64,000 nt of DNA from Hypanus sabinus (taxonomy: Eukaryota), in assembly GCF_030144855.1 (NCBI RefSeq), contig NC_082720.1, positions 77,500,001-77,564,000 of the forward strand. Reading direction: 5' to 3'. Below, one piece after another: positions 13,035 to 26,600 of the stretch. Each line of letters starts with the position of its first letter. Within the stretch, counting starts at the first letter, position 1. Under the pieces are notes generated by a model that had not been told where the DNA came from, did no database searches, and worked only from the letters and a program-made list of their open reading frames with translations. The position numbers and the translations under genes are program-made.

Positions 13035-15689
13035 GTAATCTTAAAATAGCCATGATCTTATTATATAACTCTTCTCCATTCCTGCTGTACACTACACCAC
13101 TGTTAAGATTTCAGTTCCATAGAGAATAGTGCCTGCCAGAATACCATCAGCCTATTTCTTCCAACCTTCTTAGCATGATCCTCAATAATACTACTCCTTT
13201 CTTCTCAACCCCACCATTTCTCACTGATATTAACTCTTGTCCCATACTTCACTATAGCATGGTTTTTCTTGTGACTCTTGGAATCAATTATCGATTTCTG
13301 GAACTGTCAGTTTGTGCAGCAAGTACAGTATATGGTGTACATGTTTAAAAGAAGGGAGTTTGGGTTTGAAATCAATGGAGAAAAAACTAAATATTGGGAA
13401 ATGTGGTCCTCTCGAAATTGCCTTGACTGTGTTCAAGTACATTTTTCTAGATTATTTTTCAATGAATTGACTTGGGTTTTATTTGTATGTTTGATTATAG
13501 GGATTTTTTGTGACTACTGGCTGGTGACATCAATCTGGATCATGATGTATAATTGCCATGAGATTTCATAGAACAGTTTAGTGGACTAAAGCTCTATCCC
13601 TCAGTTCCATATGTTGAAACATAAGTATCTAATTTTTAAAAAATCGATATTGACCAAAACTACAATGAAATGTGTTCTTTATATCTGAGTGTTATAAGTT
13701 AAACAGCAGAACTCTAGGCAAATTCTTCTTCTCAACAAAAAAAACTTCAGATCTGAAGTAAAAAAAATTCTGAAAATACACGGCACATAAGTATTGTGAC
13801 AAAAATTAGATTGTTTTATTTGGGCACTCAGTAAATGTGACTATCCATGGGGAATATTACCTTGTCCTGATACAATAACACGACATCATGTTTTCTATCA
13901 ATACAACTAACTTATTTTCTGTGTATTTACAGCAGCTTTCAGTTTCACTCATAGAAAAAATAATATATGAAATCTACTTCCACATAAGTTTAGATTAAAT
14001 GTTAATAAAGCAGTGGTTTCATAAACTTCATGATATTCCAAAGAGCTTCAAATCCAATTTACACCTTACAGAGTGCTGCAAATGACGATTAACTAAGCCT
14101 GTGATCCACATCTTTTTTCTGGGGAAGGTCAGACTGGTTATCTGAATCATTTTGGAGGGCCAGTCAAAGGTTTCTACCTTGTGTGAGTCTTCTCAGTGAA
14201 GCCCCAATCTGGTGCATGTTCAGCAGCTCAATTTAAATTGGTCCATGAAATGGAGAAAAGTTTTGGATAATTCTTGAACAAATGTAGGTAATTATATTTA
14301 ATTACAGTATTTTTAATTCTTTTTTAGTCTAAATTTTAATGTAATTACTAGCATGATTGTTTTTTTAAAACCGAGTTGGAATGCTTTTATAATGTAAACA
14401 GTGTCAAAGCATTTTTTGGGTGGTTCTATCAAACCAAAATGTTGTGCAAGCCTTTGCTAATCGAAAGCCAGTTTTGCAGCTTTAAAGCAGGCTTTGAAAA
14501 TTTGCTACATGTTAGTGTGGGCCAAGAGAATACAACATGGGTTAGATGATGAGCATGTGTAAAAATCTAGTGTTTTTATTGGATGTGAAGATGCATATTG
14601 ACAATGCTCCAGCAAATTCCTTCCCTTCCAAAAGCCATATTACTGTACGTTAAACTGGCACATTTGAGGATTTAAAAAGATATAAAAGTTGTATAAGACC
14701 TATGTTGATCCTTAAAGTCAAATGTGTAGCTCTATTTCAAAGGTATATTGGAAGCAGAGTCCTGCTGAACTTTAAACGAATGTGTGAAGTTACTTCGATC
14801 TAACCTATTCTGAAGGTTTGAAATAGTACCCTGCCATCATGCACTATACTAAAATTGAGAACAAAGAACAGCAATTAAAGTAAGTACAACAGATGGAATT
14901 CCTTCATGCCCATGTGATCCAGCACAAACATATCTGCAGTAAGTTATTGTCTTGAAGAACATTTGATTCAGAATAATTAAATTGCAGGTAGAGCAGCAAG
15001 TGTTCCTGCACATTGGATGCTTTAGACAAAGGCCACTCTTGCACTTTATGATGGGATTTTCTACTTTTATCAGTGTTCCTAATTGGGAGTATGATTACAA
15101 ATAAGGCAAGTAACGGAATCCAGAATGTAGAATCCAGCCATTACAATTACTCACAAGGTCTGAGGTTCTTCAAATTTCTTTGGATGAGAGTCAGGACTTC
15201 ATAATGGATGATCTAACAGAGTATGTCACTGCTTACAGGAAAACATTCAAATGTGATCTCAATCATGTCATCTCTCAGCCTCCTTTGCTCCAAGAAAAGC
15301 AGACCTAGCCTATCCAATCTCTCCTGATACAGTGAATCTAAACATTCTTAGAATCTTTTCTACATCATTTCCAGCTTAGTCATGCCTTTCCTATAGTGTG
15401 ACAACCAGAACTGCACATAATACTCCAAGTACAGCCTAACCAATTTTTTATTTGGTTTAATTTATTGGTGTGGATTAAAGCTTAAAGACAGAAAACTGTG
15501 GGACTAAGTAGGAAATCTTTTAGATCAAAGATTGTAACCATTCAGTTATTCAGTATATTCGTGAAAGAGTTCAATAGATACTTGTATATATAAAAAAACA
15601 AATCGAGGCAGCAAAATATTATTAAGGTAGAAGATCAACAATGAATTTCTGAATGGTGGAGCAGGAACAATAGCCTGAATGACTTACTA

Positions 15690-16035
15690 CTCTTTCTTTC
15701 TTTCTTTCTAAATCTTTTTATTAATATTAGTAATATGTACAGAATACAAATGATATATTGATAAAGAAATTACCAACATATAAATTCCATTACATATGAA
15801 AAAAAACATACATAATAGTTACAATATAAATGAGTTTACCAAAACATAAGCCATAAAATATATGTATGAACATAGTAAGTCTAAATATTTCATAATATAT
15901 GATATAAAGAAAACAGAAAAAAGAAAGAAAAAAAACAAAAAAAAATATAATGCCAAACTAGCTAATCTAATCTAATAACTAATATAGAAGAAAAAAGAAG
16001 CAAAAAAAAGAGGGAAAAAAAGAGAAAAAAAACTT
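15690..16035 (-). mobile_element. LINE (L1-like) 3'UTR/tail fragment, very A-rich on + strand
   Basis: (TTTC)n followed by TTTTTATT (AATAAA on - strand) and an A-rich body. Confidence 0.45.
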
Positions 16036-16326
16036 TCTAATGAAGTAAATTTTTCATCTCAAGAATGGATATTTTATACTTTGATTTCATCCAATAGAGG
16101 AAGAATTCTTAGTTACAGCCAATATGTTTTCAGCAAACTGGGTAAATTCAAAATAACTTGGCAAATACCATGCCTAATTAAAACACAGAAAAGCAGATAT
16201 AAATGTGTGTCACTTTTAAGATGCATATTATATAGCAATTGGACACATTACATTTTTAAGCTGTAACTATATTTTGATCATATTATAAGAATATATTATG
16301 CCTTGTGTATTTACTTTCATTTCAAG

Positions 16327-16579
16327 GTCTCAGAGCATTAGCAGCAGCAGTAACAGCACTTCTACTGATTCATCGTCAGACAGTGAAACATCATCCAATT
16401 CATCCACATCAGAAAGCAGCAGCAGTGATGATGACAGTTCATCAACTGACAGCTCCTCATCTTCCTCAACCTCCTCATCAAGTGAAACATCATCTTCAGA
16501 TTCGGACTCTGATTCTAGTTCCAGTAGTAGTATTAGTAGCTCTGATGAAGAACCCCCAAAAAAGAGGCAGAAATCATGA
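16327..16579 (+). CDS. ZCCHC10: ZCCHC10 terminal coding exon, Ser/Asp-rich tail ending DEEPPKKRQKS*
   Basis: TTTCATTTCAAG acceptor; matches ORF 16298..16579; spliced CDS 41+162+39+253 = 495 nt = 164 aa plus stop; C-terminal EPPKK NLS-like motif. Confidence 0.95.
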
Positions 16580-17520
16580 CAGTACTCTTTAAGCAAGTTT
16601 CGTATGCATCCTTGCAATTTGAAAAAGTGTCTTTTTAACAAAACTTAAAAGATAAACTAGCCTCTTACAAAGAAACTGTTATAGACAAATTATGAATCAA
16701 ACGTGAAGTGTTTGCCTAATGTTTGTGACCTTCAAATGTACCTGTCAACAATGAATTTTTGGTCATTTTCTTTAAAGTGAATATTGTCCTTTTTTTCCCT
16801 GTAGTGCACAGTAATTTTCATAAATGCATCAGCATGCAAATGTTAAAGTAGGGTACTCTGATAATTGAAAACCAGAAGACGTTGCATCAAATGTTGGGCT
16901 ACCTGGCTCATAATATGTCATTGTGAAGAAGCTATCGACTTGGTCTCATTTCTCAAATCTTTAAAATTTTCCATTTCTTCCTTCCACTCCTCAGATATTT
17001 ATTTATTTCACCTTCTGTTTATCAAATTATGGACTGTTGCTTCACAATTTGTCAATGTATTCTGTTTAGCAGTAAGACTTTAAAGTCAACTTCCCCTTTT
17101 GGAGAATGACTTAAATGTGTGCTATTTGGTTACTTATTTGTCAAATACTGAAATATATCTTCAAAAACTTCAAATATTGTAAAGCTAGTGGATATGCTCT
17201 CAACCTTGTTTGTGAAATTATTCCCAAAAAGCTATCAACAATAATTCACCTTTATAAGATGTACCATTGTTAAATGTTCTCTGTGCTATTTTTATAAATC
17301 TCAAATTAAATCTGTCCCCATTATTCTTACCCATACACGATTGTCTCCCTTTCTTAAGCTTGCTTTGTATGCATTGTTTTGGAGAAAGTTCATCTACTTA
17401 AATTGAGACGAGGTTATTCAGTCAACAAATTACTGCAAATTTGAACTTAAAATGGTGCACCTTTACTGTTCCAGTTTATTAATTAGCCACTGAGGTAATA
17501 AAGGCAAAAAAAATTATGTA
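16580..17520 (+). other. ZCCHC10: Probable ZCCHC10 3'UTR with candidate poly(A) signal AATAAA 17497-17502
   Basis: AT-rich sequence without recognisable repeats after the stop codon; a distal AATAAA at 20620-20625 is an alternative; the true end is unknown. Confidence 0.5.
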
Positions 17521-17728
17521 CATGTCTTGAGTGAATTGAGCATGTATAGACGTGTGAAGGGAAAAAAAATCAAGATACCCTACATTCATAGGGATGCAAT
17601 GCCCATCTGCATTTTGAATAGTTGTTCATCAGCTATGACCAAATATATTTACTACCATTTCCATTCTATATCCCTGTAAGTCATGCTTAATGGTTATATG
17701 CATAACAGTTACTTTTTAAAAGAATATA

Positions 17729-18635
17729 CAGTGGATTCCAGTTAACTGGGACATATCGGGACCAGTACATTTTGGCCAAATTAAGTGGCTACCCCAATTC
17801 ATGGAGCTTTCAGGGAAATAGTTAAAAGGGTATAAAAAAGACAAACTACCATTTAACTGAGTAACAAATTGTGTGCTTAAATGAAATACATAACAAATTA
17901 GTACACTATGAAGCTGTGTAATAGTACTAAAAAACTAATAGTTCCTTATAGTTATCAATAGAGGAATTCTTAGTGTATGCTGCCATGTTCTTTTGACTGA
18001 CTAAATGAGCAAAATCAACACGGACACCTAGTATAGATAATGCACTGCCTTCATTACCTACCTACATGAATTAGTTTCAAAAATCACTTTTAATTTGGCC
18101 TTGGTCAGCCCAAATGAATAACGTAACACAAGCATGTACAACTAATGCTATTTTAAAGATTGTTCACTCTAAGCACAGTGTAGTGTCCAACAGCCACATA
18201 AGTGCACACAACTGAAGCTAACTAGAAATGTTGCATCCTCCAAATCTTCATTTTTGTTGTAAGATAAGATGATCTTTGATACCTTCAAATTATTTGGAGT
18301 TCCTAACTTGCTGAAGTAGTGAGATTGTTTCATTTTCTTTCTGGCATCTCCAAGCCTGAATGCTTGAAAGTATAGTGAATAAAACAGTTCTTAAATGTCT
18401 TACTGCTTATTTCTCACCAATTATCAGTGACAAAAATCACTGTTTTTTGAACACAAGTGCATACAACTGCTGCTATGCAAAACAACTTTGTTCTCACGCA
18501 GTGTAGTCTCTAATGGCCACACAAGTGCATGCAATTGATGCTAGTTAGAAACTATTTGGCACCAGTTTCCATTTCAATTAAGCGGCATAGTGTCCTAAAT
18601 AAACAAAGGGAATCCCAGCGATTCTCTCAATTAGA
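17729..18635 (-). mobile_element. Tigger-like DNA element copy C (one end truncated)
   Basis: TA|CAGTGGATTCCAGTTAACTGGG; colinear with copy B. Confidence 0.75.
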
Positions 18636-20924
18636 TAAATGTTTAACCTTTATCATCTTTCATTGCAATAGTTAACATGATGTTAATCTTAAAGCATAAG
18701 ATTAGAATAATGGAAGTATTTCATTCAAAATGCAAATAACTGGAAACTTTTAATAAAAACCTTGTTAAATATTATAATTTAAAATATGGTATCAGTTTGG
18801 AGAGAGATTACAATTGAACAAGAAAGTCTCTTGTTCTGTGGTTGTCTTTCTTATCCCCCGATTTGTAGGTTTACTCTCTGTACCTACATTAAATGCCTTA
18901 TTCTTCTCCCTTTACATGATCCGATGTTTTTGCCAAGATAGGCGGTGCTTAATCTGTTGCAATTATACTAGTGCTGCATGAAACCAACTTGACTCGTGAT
19001 GGCTAAAGGCTGCTTGTACTCTCTACTGAGAGGTTGCTTCACGTTAACAATTCCCCATAAAGTTGGCTGGAGAGCATTAAGAGATACTGGAATGGAAGAA
19101 ATAATTGATAATGTGTAGATTTAGAAAATAATGAAGGAATAGTGACAAATAATTCAGTTGTAATCACATTCCATTGCATCACTTGTGTGATTGCCAAATG
19201 CTATGTCCAATTTTTGGGAGGTTATTTTTGTCATTTGTATTTCTTAATATGGAACTATTTTGGTGTACAATCTTGTCTTATCACATGCATTCAGACATCT
19301 GTAAGTTGCATAATGGCATTTGAGCAAACATTTTCTTTTGCCTTTAAGTTGATCATACAATATATCAAGGTTCCATAACTTTGTTGGAAATCACAAATGG
19401 AATTTAACTTTTTATACATCCATTGAAGATGTGATTCAGTTACTCTTATTCCAAATGAAACCCCCCAAAAATTCAACTTATTTGTAGGTTATACTTGCAG
19501 CTCTTTATTTTAGAATTTGCATTCACACTACATAGGTAAATGTCTTGCCATCTCTTTAATTATAGTTTTCAAGTCATGTTCCTTTTCTGCTGTCAAATTC
19601 CATTGTCTTTCATCTGTCATCATTCCTTCATTATTTTCTAAATCTACACGTTTCTTTCCCCTACATGTTCTCCAGCCAATTTTATAGTCTCCTCTAATGA
19701 ACCACCAACTTAAAGGAAAATCAATATATTTGCTAATTGGACTACTTGTGTGCATTCTTAGATGTGGAAAATTGACACATTTCAATCTTTGCAAGATGGC
19801 TAAATCTTGTTTAATAACTTTAGAACAGTAACTGTTGCATATAAGTTCTGTTGCTTATGTTGCTCATTGCCCAATACTTTCAACAAGGAATGCTTCCATT
19901 TTATTTGTCATTTTCCTTCCTCCTTTTCTAATGTTTTATACAAGAATGTGTTTATTAGCAATGCTATGAATAAATATTAATAACCTATTGATTTATGAAA
20001 CACAAGTATTTAAACTGTCATTTGCACATATGTTTTTCATAGAAAATGTATAATACAAGAGGCTGCCACTTAGCTGTTATCTGTGTATTTTCATTCTTCT
20101 CAACTTCTGCATTGTCTGAAAGTTCTCAAGAGACATTGTGGCTGAGCTGCAGTTCCTTTTCCACAAGCAGATTTCTGGAAGCCTGCCAAATCTGACCCTG
20201 TGTGGGTGAAAAATGTTGGTTTTTACAAGAATTGGAATCTGCTCTTGTGCAACGTCTGCCTGGAATGCTGGATGATAATCTTCCAATTTAACAGATGTAA
20301 CTATCTGAAGTTTACTTTGCTTGTTTTAGTTTCACACTAGTACAGTTATCTGATGCATGTATTAAAGCACCTATTAGCATGGATGAATTTTAATTTTAAA
20401 TGTTTTATCTTGATTTGTTTTTCTGTAGAGGGCTAGTTTTTAGTAAATGTACTTCACATACTTTAAACTTTTAGAAAAGAGCATTGTATGTTTCAGATTT
20501 TTCATAAATGTATTAACTTTAAAAATGTTGTCAGTATTTTAATATGTGAGTTAAACATTTTAAGACTATTTGTTAGTTCAATGTGTATAAATTAAGACTT
20601 ATGCCCTTTTCTGGTTTTAAATAAAGACTGTAAATGTAAATATTAGTAGCATTACTTTTTAAAGCAATTTTGAATTTTAAAATCTATATATGACTTTGTT
20701 TGATGTCAACGTCTCCAAAAAAAGCTGTAGTTCATGCGCTCCAAATACCCTATTTTGCAATAAATATAGTTATTTGAGGTGAAGATAATTAGTTGCTCTC
20801 CAGAGCTTAAACTGCATTTAGTATTCTTTTTAGTTGAGATTGCTTTGAATTGGAATTTAAGCTAATAAGTCATTTTATTTGGTACGTCGCGTACAGAAAC
20901 CTGAATCTTGGTAAATTATACAAG

Positions 20925-23900
20925 TCAGAAATTTGGCAATCTAGCCTGTAATATAAATGAAGATGCCAAAGCATTTTTCAGATAAATAAAGAGTAAAAGA
21001 AGCAAGAGTAGACATCATGCTGCTGGTATTTAACTCTGGAAGGGTAGTAATTGGGGGAGGAAAAGAAATGACATAAACTGACTAAGCACTTGGCAACAGA
21101 TTTCACTGTAGAAAGCGTTAAATTTAATAGAATAGGGTTTAATTTCATAGAAGCATAGAAAACCTACAGCACAATACAGGCCCTTTGGCCCACAAGGTTA
21201 TGCTGAACATGTCCCTACCCTAGAAATTACTAGGCTTACTTATAGCCCTCTTTTTCTAAGCTCCATGTATCCATCCAAAAGTCTCTTAAAAGATCCTATC
21301 GTATCTGCCTCCACAACCTTTGCCAGCAGCCCATTCCACACACTCACCACTCTCTGAGTAAAAAAAAAACTTATCCCTGACATCTCCTCTGTACCTACTC
21401 CCCAGCACCTTAAACCTGTGTTCTCTTGGGGCAACCATTTCAACTCTGGGAAAAAGCCTCTGGCTATCCACACGATCAACGCCTCTCAACATTTTATACA
21501 CTTCTATCAGGTCACCTCTCGTCCCCTGTCGCTCCAAGGAGAAAAAGAAAAGTTCACTCAACCTATCGTCATAAGCCATGCTCCCCAATCCAGGAAACAT
21601 CCTTGTATATCTCCTCTGCACCCTTTCTATGGCTTCCATATCCTTCCTATAGTGAGGCGACCAGAACTGAGCACAGTACTCCAAATGGGGTCTGACCAGG
21701 ACCCTATATAGCTGCAACATTACCTCTCGGCTCCTAAATTCAATTCCACGATTGATAAAGGCCAATACACCATACGCCTTCTTAACACAGAGTCAACCTG
21801 CGCGGCTGCTTTGAGCATCCTATGAACTCGGACCCTAAGATCCCTCTGATTCTCCACACTGCCAAGAGTCTTACCATTAATACTATATTCTGCCATCATA
21901 TTTGACCTACCAAAATGAACCTCCTCACACTTAGCTGGGCTGAACTCTATCTGTCACTTCTAAGCCCAGTTTTGCATCCTATCAATGTCCTGCTGTAACT
22001 TCTGACAGCCCTCCACACTATCCACAACACCTCCAACCTTTGTGTCATCAACAAACTTACTAACCCATCCCTCCACTTCCTCATCCAGAGTAAGGGTCCC
22101 AGAACAGATCCCTGAGGCACTCCACTGGTCACCAACCTCCATGCAGAATATGACCCATCTACAACCACTCTTTGCCATTTGTGGGCAAGCCAGTTCTCGA
22201 TCCACAAAGCAAAGTCCCCTTGGATCCCATGCCTCCTTACTTTCTCTATAAGCCTTGCATGGAGTGCCTTATCAAATGCTCTTCCTTCATCAATGTGTTT
22301 AGTCACGTCCTCAAAAAATTCAATCAGGATCGTAAGGCATGACCTGCCCTTGACAAAGCCGTGCTGATTATTTCTAATCATATTATAGTCATATCACTGG
22401 CATATGTTGTGAAATTTGTTAACTTAACAGCAGGAATATACTGCAATACATAATAATACAGAAAAAAATAAATGAGTAAATCAATTACAGTAAGTATATA
22501 TATTATATAGATTATTGATACCTGCATAGATATGTTGGGAGCAGGTTAGATCCTCAATAAGGCTAATCACTGTTACCAGGCATAGTCTGCCAACAGTAGC
22601 TCTTCTGTCTGGGGCCAGAAGGTTTTTAGAGCTTCTGCTGGTGTTTCTGTAGCACTGGGTTTTCACAGGATCGGTGTGCTAGCCCCATGCTCAACCCTCC
22701 TTTTTGCAGCTGAGCTTTGAATGGTCCATGACGGACTTGCTGTGGAGGACAAAAATCAGAAATTTGAGAGTCGGGAGCAGGCGTGAGTGTAGTCACTGTT
22801 GCCAAGGAGAAGGTGTTTGGGAAGCTGAAAGGTCTGAAATTACATAAATCACCTTGACCAGAAGGACTGCACCCCAGGATTCTGAAAAAGATAGCTGAAG
22901 AGATTGTGGAGGCATTAGCCATGATCTTTAAAGAATCACTAGATTTGGGAATGGTTCCAGAGGACTGGAAAATTGCAAATGTCACTCAACTCTTCAAGAA
23001 GGGAGGGAGGCAAAAGACAGAAAATTACAGGTCAGTTAGCCTGACTTCAGTGATAGGGAAGATGTTGGAGACAATTACTAAAGATGAGGTACTTGGAGGC
23101 ATATGATAAAATAGGCTGAAGTCAGCATGGTTTACTTAAGGGGAAATCTTGCTTGACAAATCTGTATGAATTCTTTGAGGAAATGACAGGCAGGATAAAG
23201 GGGAGTCAGTGTTTACTTGGATTTTCAGAAGGCCTTTGACAAGGTTCCACACATTAAGCTGCTAAACAAGGTCAGAGCCCTGGTATTACAGGAAAGATAC
23301 TAGCATGGATGGAAGACAGGCTGATTAACAGAGGGCAAAAGGTAAGCATAAAGGGAGCCTTTTCTGTTTGGCAGCTAGTGACTCGTGTTCTGTATGGGTT
23401 GATGGATCCTCAACTTAAATATTATATCTTAATGAGCTGCTTAAAGGAATAGGCCATAGATTGTTTTCTAAACAGGGAGCAAATTTAGAAATTGGATGTG
23501 CAAAGGGACTTGGGAGGCCTAATGCAGGATTCCCTAAAGACTAACTTGTAGTTTGTGTTGATAGTAAGGAAGGCAAATACATTCATTTCAAGAGGCCTCA
23601 AATATGAAAGCATAAATGTAATGCTAAAGCTTCATAAGGCATTGGTCTGACTACATTTGGAGAATTGTGATCCTTTCCCATGTACGAATGGATGCACTAG
23701 TATTAGAGGGTATTCCAGAGGAGGTTCACAAGAAAGTACCTAGGAATGGAAGGGTTAATGTATGAGGAGAATTTGATAGCTCTAGGCCTATACTCACTGG
23801 AGAATGGATGGGGGGAGGGTGAAGATATTGAAACCAACTGAATGGTGAAAGGTCTTGACAGTGGAAGTGGAGAGGATGTTTCAAATAGTAGAAGAGTCTA

Positions 23901-24195
23901 GGACCAGAGGGCACAGCCTCAGAATACAAGGACATTGCTTTGGAACAGAGATGAGGAGGAGTTTCTTTAGCCAGTTGATGATGAATCTGTGGAATACATT
24001 GCCACAAATGTCTGTGGTGTTGAATTAATTGGGTATATTTAAAGTGGTCATTGACAGGTTCTTGATTAATAGGGCATCAAAGATTATGGGAAGAAGGCAG
24101 GAGAATGGGATTGAGGGGAAAAATAAACAGCCATGATTGAATGGCAGAACAGTCGATGGACCAAATTGCCTAATTCTGCTCGAATGTCTTGTGTA
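20925..24195 (+). mobile_element. Decayed CR1 LINE ORF2 interrupted by nested inserts (~21120-22760)
   Basis: LA.NI..DAKAFFR.IKSKR-like segment near 20940; ORF 22906 (VPEDWKIANVTQLFKKGGRQKTENYRSVSLTS); 3'UTR near 24100-24195. Confidence 0.75.
21146..22385 (-). mobile_element. 5'-truncated CR1, same subfamily as 6125-7200
   Basis: ORFs 21947, 21960 and 21286 (QHGFVKGRSCLT; [10 protein letters not shown]; SKFVDDTK; LVRPHLEYCAQFWSP); tail CATAGAAGCATAGAAAA. Confidence 0.9.
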
Positions 24196-24496
24196 TTTTA
24201 TATGTAAGATTTCACCAAAGTTATTTAGGCTGAGGGATTTTTGCCTCAAAAGCTCTACCAACTGGAAGTTTTGTGATTGGTATTAGAATAGGGGCTGCAA
24301 AATTGGCACAGCTTGTATAGATATTACCTCTCAATGCCAACAGAATACTGACCTTGGATGCTGCTTGTGCAGAGTTGATGTTCTTCCTATGATCTGGGTT
24401 TCCTTCTGGTGCTCCAGCTTTTTACCCCACTAGTTTGGAGAAAGTAAATTTGTAATTTACTTTGGGTAACACGGTGGTGTAGTGGTTAACATTACA

Positions 24497-25620
24497 CTTT
24501 TTTTTATGATTTGAATTTTATCGAATTCTTTTACAAATTTTCCCTGAACTCTTGAGTCAGTGTTGAAATTATGTAAATCATAGCTTACAAAACATAAAAT
24601 TATAAAATAAAAACATGACAGAAATATCAATATAATAATCATGTGTGTCCATTTAGCCCTCCAATAACATAAACTGCCATTCAACAATATGCTTCACCAC
24701 TATTCCCCCCCACCCCCCAGGAAGCCTAAATATTTGCCTCAGTTTTGTGTATAGTTGTCCAATCTATCAAATTGTTTGTAACACTTGTGTTCAAAAGCTG
24801 CCATTTTGGCTATTTCTGTGGCCCACTCCTGAAATGATGGTCCCCACAAGATCCTCCAACCTCTTAAGTATAATTTGTCTTCCTACCATTATACTGTCTG
24901 GATCCAATTTTGAGAGTATTTATCCCCAAGTAACCCAAGTGTATCTCCCAAGACAAAAAGTCTGGAGCAGAAAGGGAATTGAATGCCCGAAACTTGTATC
25001 ATAATCCAAAATTCTTGAATTCTGGGAACAGGACCAGAGCACATGTTCAAGGTCCCCTTTATCCGCCTCACAGCGCCAGCATTCAGGTGTATTTTTCAAC
25101 CCTAATTGTAACCTTGCTGGAGTCCAGTAAAAACGGTGTAGAATCTTAAACTGAATAAGGCGCATCCTCAGGTCTCTTGACATTGTTTTGACATTTTTTG
25201 CAAATTTTGTCCCACTCCTTTATCTCAAAAGTCACACTCAGGTCTTTTCCCCATGCTCTTTTAAGACCCAACAGAAATTTGTCCCCGGAGATTTGTGTTA
25301 AAGCTGAATAATAAGTTAAGGCTTAATGACCTTTACCATACGCAGCTAGTACAGTAGACAGTATCATAGCAACTTGTGGGGGTTGCCGTGTGGAACCAAA
25401 AGTTGTATGTAGCAAATGACGCAGTTGAAGATATCTCCAAAATTGTGACCTAGAGACATCATACTGTTGGGTTAATTGATTAAAAGATTTTAAACTATCA
25501 TCATTATAAAGGTCTCCCAATTTAATTATACCTTTCCCTTGCCATTCCCTCTAGAAGAAAGGGGACTTACCAATACACAACTTTGGATTCATCGAGAAAC
25601 TGGAGGCTTCATTTAAGTAA
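24497..25620 (-). mobile_element. L1/Tx1-clade LINE 3' portion with poly(A) tail, apparently inserted in a tRNA-SINE
   Basis: ORF 24920 (IQFKILHRFYWTPARL...CWRC...GDLEHVLWSC, zf-RVT-like CCHC); T-run near 24497; SINE head GGTGGTGTAGTGGTTAAC immediately left and SINE tail at 25757-25856. Confidence 0.8.
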
Positions 25621-26074
25621 TCTGGTTATCTTATTCCAGAACAAATGCATATGCGATATAGTTGGGTGAGACCTTGCCTCAGGAGGTAACTTGATAGGCA
25701 AATATTGTAATGGAGGGTTGAGAGGAAGAGCAGAATACTCAATACGGTACTAAGGAGCCACATTCCAAAGACATACAGGTTAGTAGGTTGACCATTTGAG
25801 CGGCATAGTCTCATTGAGCCAGAAGGGTCTGTTGATGTACTGTATCTCTCAATAAATTTGTTTTATTATTGTCACATGTTCCAAGGTACGGTGAGAAATT
25901 TTGTTTTGCATGCCATCCATACAATCATTACATCACATCAATATATTAAGGTAGTACAAGTGAAAAGTGAAAACAGAATTCAGAATATAGTATCACAGTT
26001 ATAGGATAATTGCAATGCAGGTAGACAATAAGGTGCAAAGCTGTGACAAAGATTGAGATCAAGTTATACTGGAT

Positions 26075-26600
26075 TGAGGATATACTGGCTTGAAGGTGGT
26101 GCAGAGGAGGTTCATCAGGTTGATTCCAGAAATGAGGGGGGTTAGACTATGAGGAGAAATTAAGTTGCCTGGATTGTACTCACTGGAATTCAAAAGAATG
26201 AGAGGATATATTGTAAAAATAGATAAAATTAAGAAAGGGATTAATAAGAGAGAGACAGGAAAGTTGTCTCCACTGGTAGGTGTGACTAGAACTAGGGTAC
26301 ATAGCCTCAAGATTTGGGGCAGTAAGTTTAGGATGGAGATGAGGAACTGCTTTTCCCAAAGAGTGGTGAATCTATGGAATTCTCTGCCCAAAGAAGCAGT
26401 GGAGGCTACCTCAGTAAATACTTTGTACACTTAAGACAAGGTTGGATAGATTTTGGCGTAGTGGGAGAATTAAGGGTGATAGGAAAATGGCAGGTAGATG
26501 GAGATGAGTCCATGGTCAGATCAGTCATGACCTTATTGAATGGCGGAGCAGGCTTCATGGACCAGAGAGCCTACTCCTGCTCCTATTTCTTATGTCCTAT
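26075..26600 (+). mobile_element. CR1 3' fragment
   Basis: ORF 26165 (GLYSLEFKRMRG...TRTRVHSLKI...FSQRVVNLWNSLP). Confidence 0.85.

Noticed and set aside
16330-16641. Acidic 103-aa ORF on the - strand (and the 95-aa + strand ORF 16305)
   Set aside because: Shadow frames of the low-complexity Ser-rich ZCCHC10 exon.
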